Source: Anthoceros angustus (taxonomy: Eukaryota; Plantae; Anthocerotophyta). From it: a stretch of 64,000 nt of DNA. Position numbers and translations under genes: made by a program. Positions 25,557-38,627 of this stretch are shown here, piece after piece. The stretch's first letter is position 1, and each line of letters begins with the position of its first letter. The notes under the pieces were generated by a model. The model made no database searches. It saw nothing but the letters and a program-made list of their open reading frames with translations, and was not told the DNA's origin. The stretch is taken from assembly GCA_010909165.1 (NCBI GenBank), contig VJWM01000205.1, forward strand, positions 186,001-250,000. Direction: 5' to 3'.

Positions 25557-26800
25557 TTAGTCGTTCAAGAGGGCGGCCTGGCGACTCGTCCATGCCTTGC
25601 GCCGATACTGAGTCAAGGACCACTGCCAATTCCGGAGGCGATCCATATCCTCCGCGTCAAAGCTGTCATTCTCCTCCAATGCTTGCTTGTAGTCATTAGT
25701 AACATTCTTGGGCTCAGCTTTGGACGGTGTCGACTGCCACACAGAATCTAGGGTCTCCAGACCCTCATCCAAAAGCTCGCCAGTTGTGCTCTTCAACCTT
25801 TTGGCACTCAATGCAACCACTTGGCCTTTAAGGCAATCCTTCTCTCTAATGCAAACCTCCTTTGCCTAGAACTAGGATAGGCCCTTGCGATGCGGCTCGA
25901 ACGTCAGCTCTTCCTCTACATTTGGCAGGACTTGTACACCATGTATGCGTTGTTCAATGCACCCTGCGCACCTCAAATCGGCTTCAATTGCAATACAGTT
26001 GCAGCCACTCAACAATGCTGCCAATGTTGTCGTGCCGCTCCTTGCACATGTACAAGCATCAATAACCCAGTCTCCTTTCCGGGAGGATGTTTTCACAAGT
26101 TTTGTCATAAGGCCCAGCGGGCGTTGGTAGGGGCAGACCACCAGCTTGTCATGTGATAGTTGGACCAGCTTCTTCACGTCAGTGGGTGCCCAATAACTGA
26201 CCTCCCTTTGTTGAAAGTCCCATGCATGGCGTTAGGCATCATAGGAACCTTGTCTCTCGCACAACCTGCTTTTAGACACCACCCCACTGTCACGTACTCC
26301 ATAGTCTCAAATCCGCCTCTGTCGTTATTCATGTTTGTCTTGTCCTAGATGAAGGACACCATGCCTTCTTTGCCACACAATTTCCCCATAGACTCCCTGA
26401 CTGTGTGGGCTTCTTCAACTCCATGCATGACGATAAGCCTGAACTCCTCGTTGGTGGTCTCTTCTTGGAAACTCTGAACAATTGCACCCATCATGGTCAA
26501 ATCCATGCGCTTGTTCATGGGACCGATGTCAAAGCCACGGGGGACGTCCATGACAAGCAAAGTATACCTCCTTCTTCGCAAAAAGCCATGCATGTCAAGG
26601 ACATTGCGTCTTTTCCCCATCGCGGACACTTTTCGGCAGACGTTAAGCGATGGAGTCCCTCTTGCAAGTCCTTGTCCGCTATAGCCCGCTCTTCATTCTC
26701 CAGGCCCTTCCAATTATTTATCTCAAATATGAAATGGCGGAACTCCTCGGTAGTTTCGACAAGACCTCCACATCCTTCAATTGCTACACGAAATCCAAGT
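25557..26800 (-). pseudogene. Decayed beta-class N4-cytosine/N6-adenine DNA methyltransferase (N6_N4_Mtase-like)
   Basis: Motifs in beta order: LLVMDVPRG (motif IV, DPPY-like), FI*DK (IWDK with TGG>TAG at 26345-47), MEYVTVGW, CPYQRPLGLMTKLVKTSS (HPTQKP-like motif X), GDWVIDAC..SGTTTLAA (motif I) and CIAIEAD (motif II). Frameshifts near 26635 and 26178. Confidence 0.82.
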
Positions 26801-27049
26801 TGTTAGTGAGGAATATCCTATCCTATTGCAAGAATGCAATAGGGACAGGAGGGGCGGTGCAAGAGGAGGGCGCCTTCCGATCGGCGCCCTCCCTGTGTAC
26901 CACCCGCACGCAGCAACAGGTTGGTGGAAGAGGAGGCGTCGGCCGACTGGTGCCCTCCCTCTGCAGGAGGCCGGCCGCCCTCCTCAAGCACCACTCCAGG
27001 CAACCGGTGGTGCAAAGGGAGGCGTCGGCACACAGTAGGTGGTGCTTGG

Positions 27050-30000
27050 GGATGGCGGTCTTCGGTGATGGACAGCAGGCGCGCACAATCCGTGTCGTTG
27101 TAGTATGAGTCCGTTCCCAAGAGAATGATAGCTCCGTTTGCCGCTTCAGCCGATTCTCACCTTTCTTGGTCCACTTCACCTTAACACACTCAATCTTCGT
27201 TTACACCCAGCTTTTTCACGAGCAGGCCGGTGTGGCCAAGCGTTTAAGGACCGTTTGCGTCACTTCGTTCGTCACTCGTTTCTTGATCCGTTCCTCTCTC
27301 TCTCTACACTTATCAACCTTGGAAAAGAGCGCGGTAGCTAGTCGGGACCTCCTCGTTGCTCATGGGGCCTCGTCAGCTCTGCACACCCTCCCAAAGTACC
27401 TCCGGCTCACACCGTTCGGGTCGTTGGGCGCGCTCTCGACGAACAAGGGTCCTCGATCGTCCTCCCACACCACCACCGTTAAGTCGTCACGGGACCTTGA
27501 TCGATCTCTCCGGGTCGTCGTGCACCTTTCGGTGACTCGGGACTCGCGTTAGCAGAAGCGCGCAAAGTCGCAGAGCAACGGCATCAACACCAAGAAAGAT
27601 GCTTTACTAGGCGACCTCGGCCCTCTTATCTGCGCCCAGGCGTCTTTATTACACCCCTATTACGGTGATAGCTCGGTATACCTAATCGACGCCTACCATC
27701 CTATTTCCTCCCCTATCTCCTTCGCCAGTAGTGGGAAGGTCTGGCCCGCCTCGGGATGGGTGGTCAATCCCCGTCACGGGACCTTGATCGATCTCCGGGT
27801 CGTGCACCTTTCGGTGACTCGGGACTCGCGTTAGAAGGCGCTGAGTGCGCAGCATCAACACCAAGAAAGATGCTTTACTACTGCTCGGCCCTCTTATCTG
27901 CGCCCAAGGCGGCGTCTTTATTACACCCCTATTACGGTGATAGCTCGGTATACCTAATCGACGCCTACCATCCTATTTCCTCCCCTATCTCCTTGCCGTG
28001 GGGGGGAAGGTCACAGGCCCGCCTCGGGATGGGTGGTCAATCCCCGTCACAGGCGGTTGTGGCGCGCAATCGGATGATCCGTGGCGGGCCTCCTCTCTCC
28101 GGAATCACATCGGGTTGGGCTCTGGCGGTCGACAGCGCCCGTTACCAGCGTCATCCTCCTCACAGCCTCCCCAGGTCCTTGGCCGGTGGGGCCACCACTA
28201 TCCTCCCCTAGCGTAAGTCGAAGGGGCTCCCTTCTTGCCGCGGTCCGGTCCTCGAGGTCTGTCTCCCCGAACTTAGTTCTCAGAGTCCGTGGCTGGTCAG
28301 ACCTTGTCTGCAGTCGGACCTCGAGTCGGACTTATTCGGGGTCCGGACTTGAGTCCGGCCTCCTCGGTCGGACAAAGTCGGACTCCGCCACCGGGTTTCC
28401 TCCCTCACGGGACTCCTCCGTGGCTCTCCCTCGAAGTCCTTCCATTCCCGATCGCGGGACTCCTCCGTGGCTCTCCTCCTTCCATGGTGAGGTCGGGGTG
28501 CTTACCTCGATCGCATCGCGCTCCCTGGTTCCTCCTCCTCTCGCTCCGTCATCTCCAAGCAGGCCACTAGGGTCCTGTCTTTGTCCCGTGGCCTTCATCT
28601 CCTTGAGCCTTCCGGGGGTCAGGTCTTGAGTCGAGGCTTCTCGCCGGGGCTCGGCGTGGTAATAGGCAAAGTCAGATCGACTTGTTGAATTGCCTCTTCC
28701 ACGTGTGCGGGCACCGATACTCCTCCGCCATAAGTGTTCGGGAGCGTCTTTGCGGCTTGTTGGGCCACCTCTCTGCCCAGTTGTGTGGGGGTATATCGCG
28801 CGAGGCTACAAGGCGGCCTCGGTCACCTCCTGCAGTGCCATTTGTTGCTCCACACTCCGGCTCCGTCGTTTCCTCTCCATTGCCCTTACATAGCGCGGCG
28901 TTCCCTTCCGCCTTTCTCGGTGGACGGCGGCTTCTTTTACGCTTCCGGTGCTCGCGCTCCCGTTCATTACGGCCTTTAGCTCATGACTCCCTCTCAGGCG
29001 GTCTCTCGTCAAACTCGGACTTCCTCCGGCTCATACGCTGGCAGCGTCCAACTCCTTGGATAGTCGCGATTTTCCTCCGTCTTGAGACGGAGGCTACTCG
29101 TGCTCGAGTCGTGGATTCTCTCGTTGAGAATCACTGCTGCTCAAGCGCATCTTGGAGTTGTAGCTCAGCGTGTCCCTTGTCCTCCATCTGCTGCCGCCTC
29201 TCCCTTCCTGCGGTGACTCGGAGATCTCCTATCTCCCGAGTCCGGCCTCCATCTCCTCCTTTGGCCTTGCACGCTCCATAGCACTTTGTCGGCCTTGAGT
29301 TAGCCTCGGTACTGTGACTCTCCACGGTTCGATCCGTCGTAGTGATCCGGTCGCTCTTTTGCCGCTTGAGCTCGCCGCCCGCCTTTACGGGCCGCCCCGC
29401 CCTGCTCTGGCCGGGCCGCCTCGCGGTCGAGCTCTCTGCTTGTGCCGGGCCTCTTAGCCTCTGCTGCGCTTCCCCCGCAAGGTCCTCCGCTTGGCCTCTG
29501 AGCTTGCTTCAGTGACCGCCTGGTGAAGAACCCGATCTGCTTGAACCGCCGGGCCTCGCGCTCCACCAGGCGTTTCCCTTCCTCGATCCGGCGAGGGACT
29601 CCGCCTTTCCTTTGCCCCAGGCCGCCTTCACTTGCTCTTGGGTTCCACCATCCTCCTCGGGTGGCCTCCACTTCACAGGTCTTCTCCATGTACCACGAGA
29701 CCCCAAAGCATTCCGTCCATGGTAGGGACTTCCGTGTTTCTTCCAGGTGGTGAGGCCCCACAAAGTCCGTAGTGGGGCCGGCATTTCTCGATCCAGGACC
29801 TCCATACCGATCCGTAAGTCGGTGGGTTCTCGGACCTAATCGGGACCCTCGGGTCACAGTGGTGGTCGAGTCTCACCCTCTTGGCCCTCTTGGCCTCTAA
29901 CTCCTTTGTGCCCTCTTTCTCACAGGGCTCGGAGGAGGTGAGGGGTCAGGAGCAAGCTCTTTTGCCCCTTCACAGCCGGGGGGGGGCTCGAGGTGGGGCT

Positions 30001-32860
30001 GCGCGGTGACCTCCTGCTCCTTGGGCCACGTCCCTTCTGCCCTCCCAGCCTCTTGACCTCTTGCCACTCGTGGCGGGGTAAGTCGGCACCTTCGAGGTCT
30101 TTGCGTTGGTAAGCGGCACCGTCTTCCGCCTCTTCCTCGGGGTTCGTCGGGGCTCGGCCGTCGTGGTTGTTGGTTTCTGCACCGGTCGGGCCATCGCCCT
30201 TCATCGGCTCCTCTCAGGTCGGTACCTCCGTCCAGACTCGGACTTCCTCCGGCTCATACGCTGGCAGCGTCCAACTCCTTGGATAGTCGCGATTTTCCTC
30301 CGTCTTGAGAGAGGCACTCTATTTCGTGCTCGAGTGGATTCTCTCGTTGAGAATCACTGCTGCTCAAGCGCATCTTGGGTTGTAGCTCCGGCGTGTCCTT
30401 CATCCTCCATCTGCTGCCTCTCCTCTACTTCCTGCGGTTGCTCGGAGATCTCCTATCTCCCAGTCTTGGCCTCCATCTCCTCCTTTGGCCTTGCTCCATA
30501 GCACTTTGTCGGCCTTGAGTTAGCCTCGGTCACTGCGACTCTCTCCACGGTTCGATCACGTGCATGTAGTGATCCGGTCGCTCTTCGACTTGCTCCTTCC
30601 GCCTTTACAGGCCTCGCCCTTGGCCTCTGGCCGGGCCGCCTCGCGGTCGAGCTCTCTGCTTGTGCGGGCCTCTTAGCCTCTGCTGCGCTTCCCCTCTGCA
30701 AGGTCCTCCGCTTGGCCTCTGAGCTTGCTTGGTGTTCGCAGTGAAGAACCTTAACCAGTCTGTGAACCCGGGCCTCGCTCCGCCACCGGCGTTTCCCTTC
30801 CTCGATCCGAGGGACTCCGCCTTTCCTTTGCCCCTGGCGCCTTCACTTGCTCTTGGGTTCCACCATCCTCCTCGGGTGGCCTCCACTTCACAGGTCTTCT
30901 CCACCACGAGACCCCAAAGCATTCCGTCCATGGCGGTAGCAGGACTTCCGTGTTTCTTCCACGGCTTGAGGCCCCACAAAGTCCGTAGTGGGGCCGGCAT
31001 TTCTCGATCCGCCAAGGACCTCCATACCTTGATCGGGAGTAAGTCGGTGGGTTCTCCATCGGGACCCTCGGGTCACAGTGGTGAGTCAGTCTCACCCTCT
31101 TGGCCCTCTTGGCCTCTAACTCCTTTGTGCCCTCTTTCTCACAGGGCTCGGAGGAGGTGAGGGGTCGGGAGCAAGCTCTTTTGCCCCTTCATGGGGCAGG
31201 ACCCGGCTCGAGGTGGGGCTGCGCGGTGACCTCCTGCTCCTTGGGCCACGTCCTTCTGCCCTCCTTACGCCTCTTGACCTCTTGCCACTCAGGTAGGCGG
31301 GGTAAGTCTGGCACCTTCGAGGTCTTTGCGTTGGTAAGCACCGTCTTCGCCTCTTGACTCCCGTTGAGTTCGTCGGGGCTCGGCGGCCGTCGTGGTTGTT
31401 GGCTGTGTCTGCCGGTCTTGCCGCCAGCGCCCTCGGCATCGCTCCCTCACTGCGCTCGGAGGGCAAAAGGAGGAAGGGGAATCGCCTCCCAAACTTCCAC
31501 AGGTGGTGAGGGGTTCGCTCGACGTGAGTCGGAATCCTCGATCGTCCTCCTCCGAGTCGCTTGGTCTTGAAGGGCGACCCCCACCTCAGGCGCCCTTGCA
31601 CGCTCTACTTGGCGGGGCCTCCGGCCTTGGGCGCCCGTTCAAGCTCTCCCTCCTTGAGGAGCTCGAAATGTCCCCATACATGAATCGGTATGGGGTCTGA
31701 TGGCGAGGCTTCTCGCTCCTTAGCTTGCGTGCCTCTGGCCCGAGGCGAAGATAATCCTTCCCAGTCGCTCTCTTCCCATTGGGCGCATGCGAGAATACCA
31801 GCGGTTATCACCAAGGTGATCCACCTTGGTGGCGAGTTCAATGGACAATGATCCGGGCTACCGCCCTTACTCGGTATCCGGCGGATCGGATATCAACCAT
31901 CCGTTGGTTGTCATTGCGTTCGAGCCTCGGCGTGGCGTGGGCCTATCTTCCGCCTTAAGGGGCTCGGCACCACGCCCCTTCTTCCTCCTTGGGCGGTTGT
32001 AGGCCATCCTCGGGACCTCAAGGTCCATCGCCTCGGGTCCTCCGGAGGTTCTTGGATCGGACCTCCTTGTTGATCGCCCATCTTCGGGCAAACTCCGGAC
32101 TAGTAGCGTTGTCAAGGTCGACCATTTGGAACACGTCCAGATGCCACTCCCCACCAATTCCCTTCCTCCGGCCGGGCCGAAGTCCGGATAGCGCGGGTCA
32201 CAATGTTGCGCTCCACGGTCCATGGCTCCCAGAACCGGCTTTTGGGTGCCATTGCTTCTCCTCCTCTTGTTCTGGCTGGCGGTCGTGGCACGATGTTCCT
32301 CCTCGCCGCGCGTTCGTTGCCAACAGCGGTGCGCGCTCTGTGGCCCAAAAGATAGCGCGAGCCGGATTGCGGGCGCAAGGTATGATTGTATGGAGGCTGC
32401 GCGACCTCCTCCTTGGCGCTTGTGGAAGTAATGCTGGCGGAAGGCGCCTCGTTGTCCGTAGCGCGAGTGCATGGCCTCGACCCTCGCTTACTCGGCCTTA
32501 CGCCGCGCGCGCGGCGTGAATACCCTGATAACGGCCTCGCAAATTACGGTCTGACCTCATGCCGACCTCCACTCGGGGCCGTCCGCGTGGCGCCGCCTCT
32601 CATCCTCACGCCTCGCTCCTAGGTTACTTTCCAGGCGTACTTATCCTGTTTTGACACAGGTGGGTTCGGACTTATCCGTTACTCCGGCGTAGTCGGAGCT
32701 TGCCATAGTGGTGCGGGGTCCGTTGTTCACTCCGAGTCGGAGTATACTCGGCCTCGTCCGGCGCTACCCCAATTTATTCCTCCTTTTCGCCTTATTTATC
32801 CTTCAATCCTAAAAAAGCGAAACCCTACTTATTTCTTAACTCCCGAGTGCATAGCCCACA
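27050..32860 (-). repeat. 3' LTR of the Gypsy element, ~5.8 kb, enlarged by internal duplications (~27475-27770/27772-28050 and ~29010-30135/30233-31350)
   Basis: Ends GCATAGCCCACA next to the PPT. Left boundary is blurred. Confidence 0.85.
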
Positions 32861-35800
32861 TACTCCCTTCTCATCATTGGCGTCTCGCCAACACTAAGCA
32901 TGATACTTCTTCACCGCCACCCGTTCAGTGGGCAACGACTCTCCATCTAGGCCGTGGTGGGCCGGACCCGTTGTCATATACTTGCACCACTTGGTACGGA
33001 CCCATCCATCTCGGTGAAGTTTGCACGGAAAATGCATGTAACGACTATCATAAAGGAGGGCGGTCCCCTTTACATACTCGATTCGCGATCGGCGATCGTG
33101 CCAAATCTTTTGGTTTTGCACCAAGCTGCATCTTGGTGAGCTTCTTCATCCTCGTGTCTTGAACAAACCCCAAGAGTCGCTCGGTGGCTTTCCTCCCTGT
33201 CGATCTCCTTCCATCATTACTCGAAAAGTGGGCACTTCAAACTCTCGGCATTACGGAGTGTCCGTAGGTCAAGTAAGGGTCCGTTGTGTGGTCACCTTCT
33301 CTGCTCGGGCATACGGTCGGATATGGCGCCGATCATGGGCGTAGTTCCGTGAGTTTATTGATCCTGCGGATGAGCCCATTTGTCTTCTCTGTCCCCATTG
33401 GCCTTAGGATTGTAGGGTGCCGTCTTGCGATGATTGATGCGAAATACTCCGTCATGGCGGCCACCACATCATTAAGGAAATGGGTTCCCCTATCACTTAC
33501 CAATGCGGACATCCGTGCGGGTTATGATGTTCTCGTCAGAATTTGGCCACGGTATTTGCGAGTCCGTTCTTATCGCCCGCCTCTACCCACACAGTGCGAT
33601 GATCCGTTGCCACGGGATGTATCTCCTTTGTGTGTGTGTCTTGTCGTGGTGTATGGGTCCAACAAAGTCAATACCCACTTTTGAAGGTGCGGTGCCAATA
33701 TCGGTACTAGCGGCCTTGTGTCGTCGGGGTTGGCTTTCCGATCCGACAAGCATCACACTTCTTCCTAAGCGGTGGGTGTCCCCATACATTGTTGGCCACC
33801 GGTATCCGCTTCAAAATCTTTTGGTGGTGACTGTCTTGTCGTGGTGTATGGGTCCAACAAAGTCAATACCCACTTTTGAAGGTGCGGTGCCAATATCGGT
33901 ACTAGCGGCCTTGTGTCGTCGGGGTTGGCTTTCCGATCCGACAAGCATCACACTTCTTCCTAAGCGGTGGGTGTCCCCATACATTGTTGGCCACGGTATC
34001 CGCTTCAAAATCTTTTGGTGGTGACTGTCTTTAGTGTCCTCCCCAATCCTTCGTGCATTCCCGGCGCTCCTGTCTCTGGGTTGCAAGTACCTTCGTTCTA
34101 CTCCGTCAGGCCCTAATTTGAACACACACCGTTGTACATTACGAAGGGTCGAGCATAGTGCACGCCTCCTCTCGTCCACAGTCGATTTTGGAAGCTCCAT
34201 TCCCAGTACCGCTCTATTTCTTCGTGGGTCGGACGGTAGCGGGACCCTCCCTTCTCATACGCTTTGCAGTTCTCGTAGCTTGGGGTTGATTTGGGCTCCT
34301 CGGTTGTACTTTTCTGCGGCAACCAATGTCTCATCCAGGAGCGCATCTTCACGATCTCTCAACACCTCTGTTTTCAATCGTGACGAAATCTCGCATTTTG
34401 GTCTTGCCTCCCTTGTCTTGTTTCCACTTGACGTGAACTCCTGCGGCAACAATATCCACCTTGCTATCCGTCCGGACGGTCCGTCTTATTCACCGGATGC
34501 TTGAAAGTGGTCTACATAGAACACAAACTCCTTTGGGTAGGTAGTGTCGAATTTCTTGACGGCATATACCATACCCGGTGCTTGGCGCTCTGTAGTTGTG
34601 TATTTTCGTTCGCGTGGGTGAGCGTCCGGTAGTATACGGGATAATCCCGCTTGTCGTCGCCCGGCTCGGCACTACTCCGATAGCAAAGCGGACACGTCTA
34701 CATACACATGAAATTTCTGCTCGATCCGGTCCTCTTAGAACCGTTACCAAGGTGTTACGTAAATCCGAAGGCCTCCTCTCGCTCACGTGACGGTCCAAAC
34801 CTCCTCCTTCCATGATTACATCAACTTAGCGCCCTCTTATAAAGTCCTTAATAAACCGGTAGTATCCCACCATTCGAAACCTCTCGGCTCCTTTAGGTTC
34901 GTCGGTGGAGGCGGATGACCGGACCTTGTCTGGTCCACCTCGATTCAGCCCCGAGTCGACAAGATTCCCTCCGTCATTCCAAAGTAGCATTTCTCGGGTG
35001 TAGGCTCAATTGAGTCTCCGGCGCTCAAGCACCTTCTTAGATGCCCAAGGTGTTTGTCCTGCTCCCCATGCACACAAAATCATCCGAGAATATCTCCATG
35101 AAGTCCCTCGAAGTCACGGAAGGCGTTGGTCACCATCGCATGAGCGACCACAGGCGCTCGGTCATCCCAAAGGCACTTCTCTTGTAGGCAAGCGTACCCC
35201 ACTCCGTAGTGAAGGTCGTCTTGTCGGTCAAACTCCCTTAGGTGCAATTGGTTGTATCCGGAGTAGCCATCCGAGGAAGGAGTAAGTAGTCCGTCCAGCC
35301 ACCTTGTCCAAAATGTCGTCTCTGAATGGCATCGGAAGTGGTCCTTCTCGTTCGGCGTTGAGCTTCCTCAATCTTGGCATACCGAATTTGTCTGTTGTTT
35401 CTTGGGAACCACCACAATCGGCGCGACCCACTCGGCTGTGATGGGGAAAATGATGTCTGCCTCCGGTACTTATCAAGGACCTCCTTCACCTTGATCGAAT
35501 ACTTGGGGTTGAGCTTGTATTGTCGGATTGATGGCACCTCACGGCTTCAAAATCGATCTTATGCTCTCCCACTTCTTGAATGCCCTTCATGTCCGTGACC
35601 TTGAAGGCGAACACCTCATAAAACTCCCCCCATGCTTTAGTCCTTCCTTGGTCCGAGGCATGCCTTTCTTAAACTTGAGAATTTTTGGCGGACCTCCACT
35701 TCTTCCACGTCGTCCGGGTTCACCGTCTCCGTTCCGTCTTTGCCTCTGCGTCAAACCCCTCGTCCTCCTCTCGGGGATCGTCCTCTCGCATCCCCATTCT

Positions 35801-38627
35801 CGAAGAGCTCGTCGGAGGTGAATCGTGTTACTCCTTGATGTCGCTTTTCCTTGGTCCGACTCTTGTTGTCTCCCCTTGTCTTGGTCAGACCTCCTCTTCA
35901 CTTCCTTCCTCCGGCCCGTTGTGGCGTTTACTCGAAAACAATCAACCACTTCCGCCAAAGGCATCCGCATGTCCATCTCCTCCTCGGACCGGGATCTTGG
36001 CGAAAGTCGCCTCCTCGGAACTATCTTGTTCGTCGCCCGGTGGAGTCCTCCGAGGTATACCCCGGTGGCTCACGGTTTCCCCACAATAGGTGTCCTTGCT
36101 CCGGTGATAGCAACCTCCCTTCTCGCTTAGGGTCCCGATCCACCGGCTTGAAGTGAATCTCCTTCCTTCCAAAGTGTAGCTTTATGCAGGCCAACCCGGC
36201 CATGGCCGCCCCAACACCTCATACCCTAATGGTCCGGCGGTTTGATCACAACAAAATCCGGTTTGTAGGGTGCCGGCTATGGTGGCCAAGACTCGGTTAA
36301 CTCCCCGGATCTCTTCTTGACATATACGCCATTCTCGAGTCTTCGTTGAGGTTGAAGGATGTGAAGCCCAATTTTCGTGCCGTGGCTGATGAGGTTGACT
36401 CGGACCCGTGTCCAGCAGTACATCCTTGATGATACATCCAATCTCCACTTGTACCTGGCCCACAGGTCGTATGGGACACCACCCTCACTTCCCATGCTAC
36501 CCTTCACGGCTTTGGTGCTCACGGCTGGGTTCCCCTAACGGCCGACGGACCTCTTGTCGGTATTTGGGTTATCCCTCGGTTGTCGAAAGGACACAAGGTC
36601 TGGCGATTCATCATCGGTCGCCACATTAAAGGGGGCGAGGCTTCTACCCCAATCGAGGATCCTGCTGCGTCCTCATCCTCTCCCGGTCACTTGGTGTTAC
36701 GGTATTCTCCGGATGCTTGCGCATTTCCTCCTGCAACATCTCGGTCACCTCCGGACTCGTCCGTGGAAGCTAAATCGCCGTCGCGGAGGCACGTTCCTTC
36801 TCACATCTGCGGAGAACTTCCTTGGGTAATCCCTCGCGAGGCTGCCCGTCCAGCCCTCCTTCATCGGTCGGATCCTCTGCTGGTATTTCCGTTTGATTGC
36901 CTTCCTCGGCGTCGTGGCTTCCTCGATCTTGTTCTTCTTCAATGGCGCCTTTCTCGTCGCTCCTTCCTTGACTCTGATAGACACCTCAAGATTTCCACGA
37001 CTCCTTCCTTCGACACCGTACCTTCTTGTTCTTTTCCATCTCGCGTACCTCGGGAATCTCTTCCCTCCATGGTGAGCATCTTGACTTTGCAGTAGCAGTC
37101 TTAGGAGGTGGCGTTGGTGGTCGGGGTTCTCCGCTTGGTGTGGCATATCGTACCGTCCTTGTCGGGGTTGGGACATAGCGTCTTTTCGTATGCCGGCCCT
37201 TGCGATCGCCACGCTCGAAGTCCCCATTACCCTCGTTGAGTGCGGACACGCGTTGGAGTAATGGCGGGATTCCAGTTCCAGAGACCACGGTGCGGAGGAT
37301 ACGAAGGGCTCCCATGCGGTCTTTGCATCGGTGGGGCTCGTTGTGTGGACCTCCGGTTGGCGGATACATGGTTTTGGGATATCGCGGCCCGGAGGGCTTC
37401 ACATGCATAGGCCTCTTCCCATTGCTCCTCGGCCTCCTCCTCGTATTCGTAGTCCACTTGATGCCGGCCTTGAGGCGGTTGGACTTCGAATGGCCGTGTT
37501 CTTGGCACGGCACACGAGATGCGTTAGTAGTCGGTGTTTTCCGCGCTCTCGGTCCTTAACACAGTTTATCGCGGTCCTCTACTCTCTTTATCACTTTTCC
37601 AGTCCTCCCGGACTGCTACCTCCTTTGAGGGAGTCGGGTCGTGGAGCTTCGGACGGTCTTGGTGTCACCACCTCCTTCTTACCACCTTCTTTTTAGCGGG
37701 GCTTTCTTGCTCTTCTTCTTGCGGGATACTCTTCCTCGCTAGAGACCTCCGTCTCTTCTTGGACGTTGCTCCTCCTCGAAGACACCTCCGATTGGTCTTC
37801 CTCCTCCTCGAGACTCTTCCTCCTCAGTCGAACCCGTTTCTTCTTCTTCTTCTTGCCTCCTTGGCGGTTCTTTATCCTCGATGTAGCGATTCCTCGTAGT
37901 TTTCGCTCGGCCTTGCCCGTCCTTCTCGGCTAGCGGCGGGGCGTGCAGCCATGGGTTTGGCTAGACGGCCGCGAACCACCGTCGCTTGCATCGTGGTATG
38001 GGTTGGATGCGATCCTCGGGCATAGAACCGCTCGATGTCTGAGCCCGGCTTCTCCTTCTTCCTCGCATTTTCCAACTTTGATAATACATACCCCTCTGGT
38101 GATCCTCGAAACCGTTCTAAGAAGGCATTTTCAAAGCTTCAAGCGAGGGTGGGGCATTCTCCGTGGTCGGTACTTTCTCCGATACCATTGAGCAGTCCTC
38201 GGAGAACCCCTTGGAAAATTTGGATGAGTCGTCGACTCCCTCTCCGTTGAAGTTGGCTTTGGACATGAAGTCCTCCACAAAGGTCTCGCATCCGCTCCTT
38301 CTTCCCTCCGAATATGGAGTCGCTTGTTTGAGTCGGTAGGGGCCATGGCTGCCATCGATTGGGTTAGGCGTGGTGTCCTACCTTCTTCCGTTGGCGTCCC
38401 TTGTACCCGTACTCGTCTTGGTCCGACAATTCGACCACGTTCTCCTCCTCTCGATCGGCGGTGCTCTCTCGTTGGGTTTGGCGTCTCTCTCTCACGGCTC
38501 GGAGAAGCGCGAGGTGACGTCCGATCCTCCCCGGTTCACTCTTGACCGTCGCTCGACCGCCACGCATTACCTTCTCTTCCTAAGGCGCACTGCGGCACCA
38601 GACCGATTTCATTCAGCGGCGCCAAAA

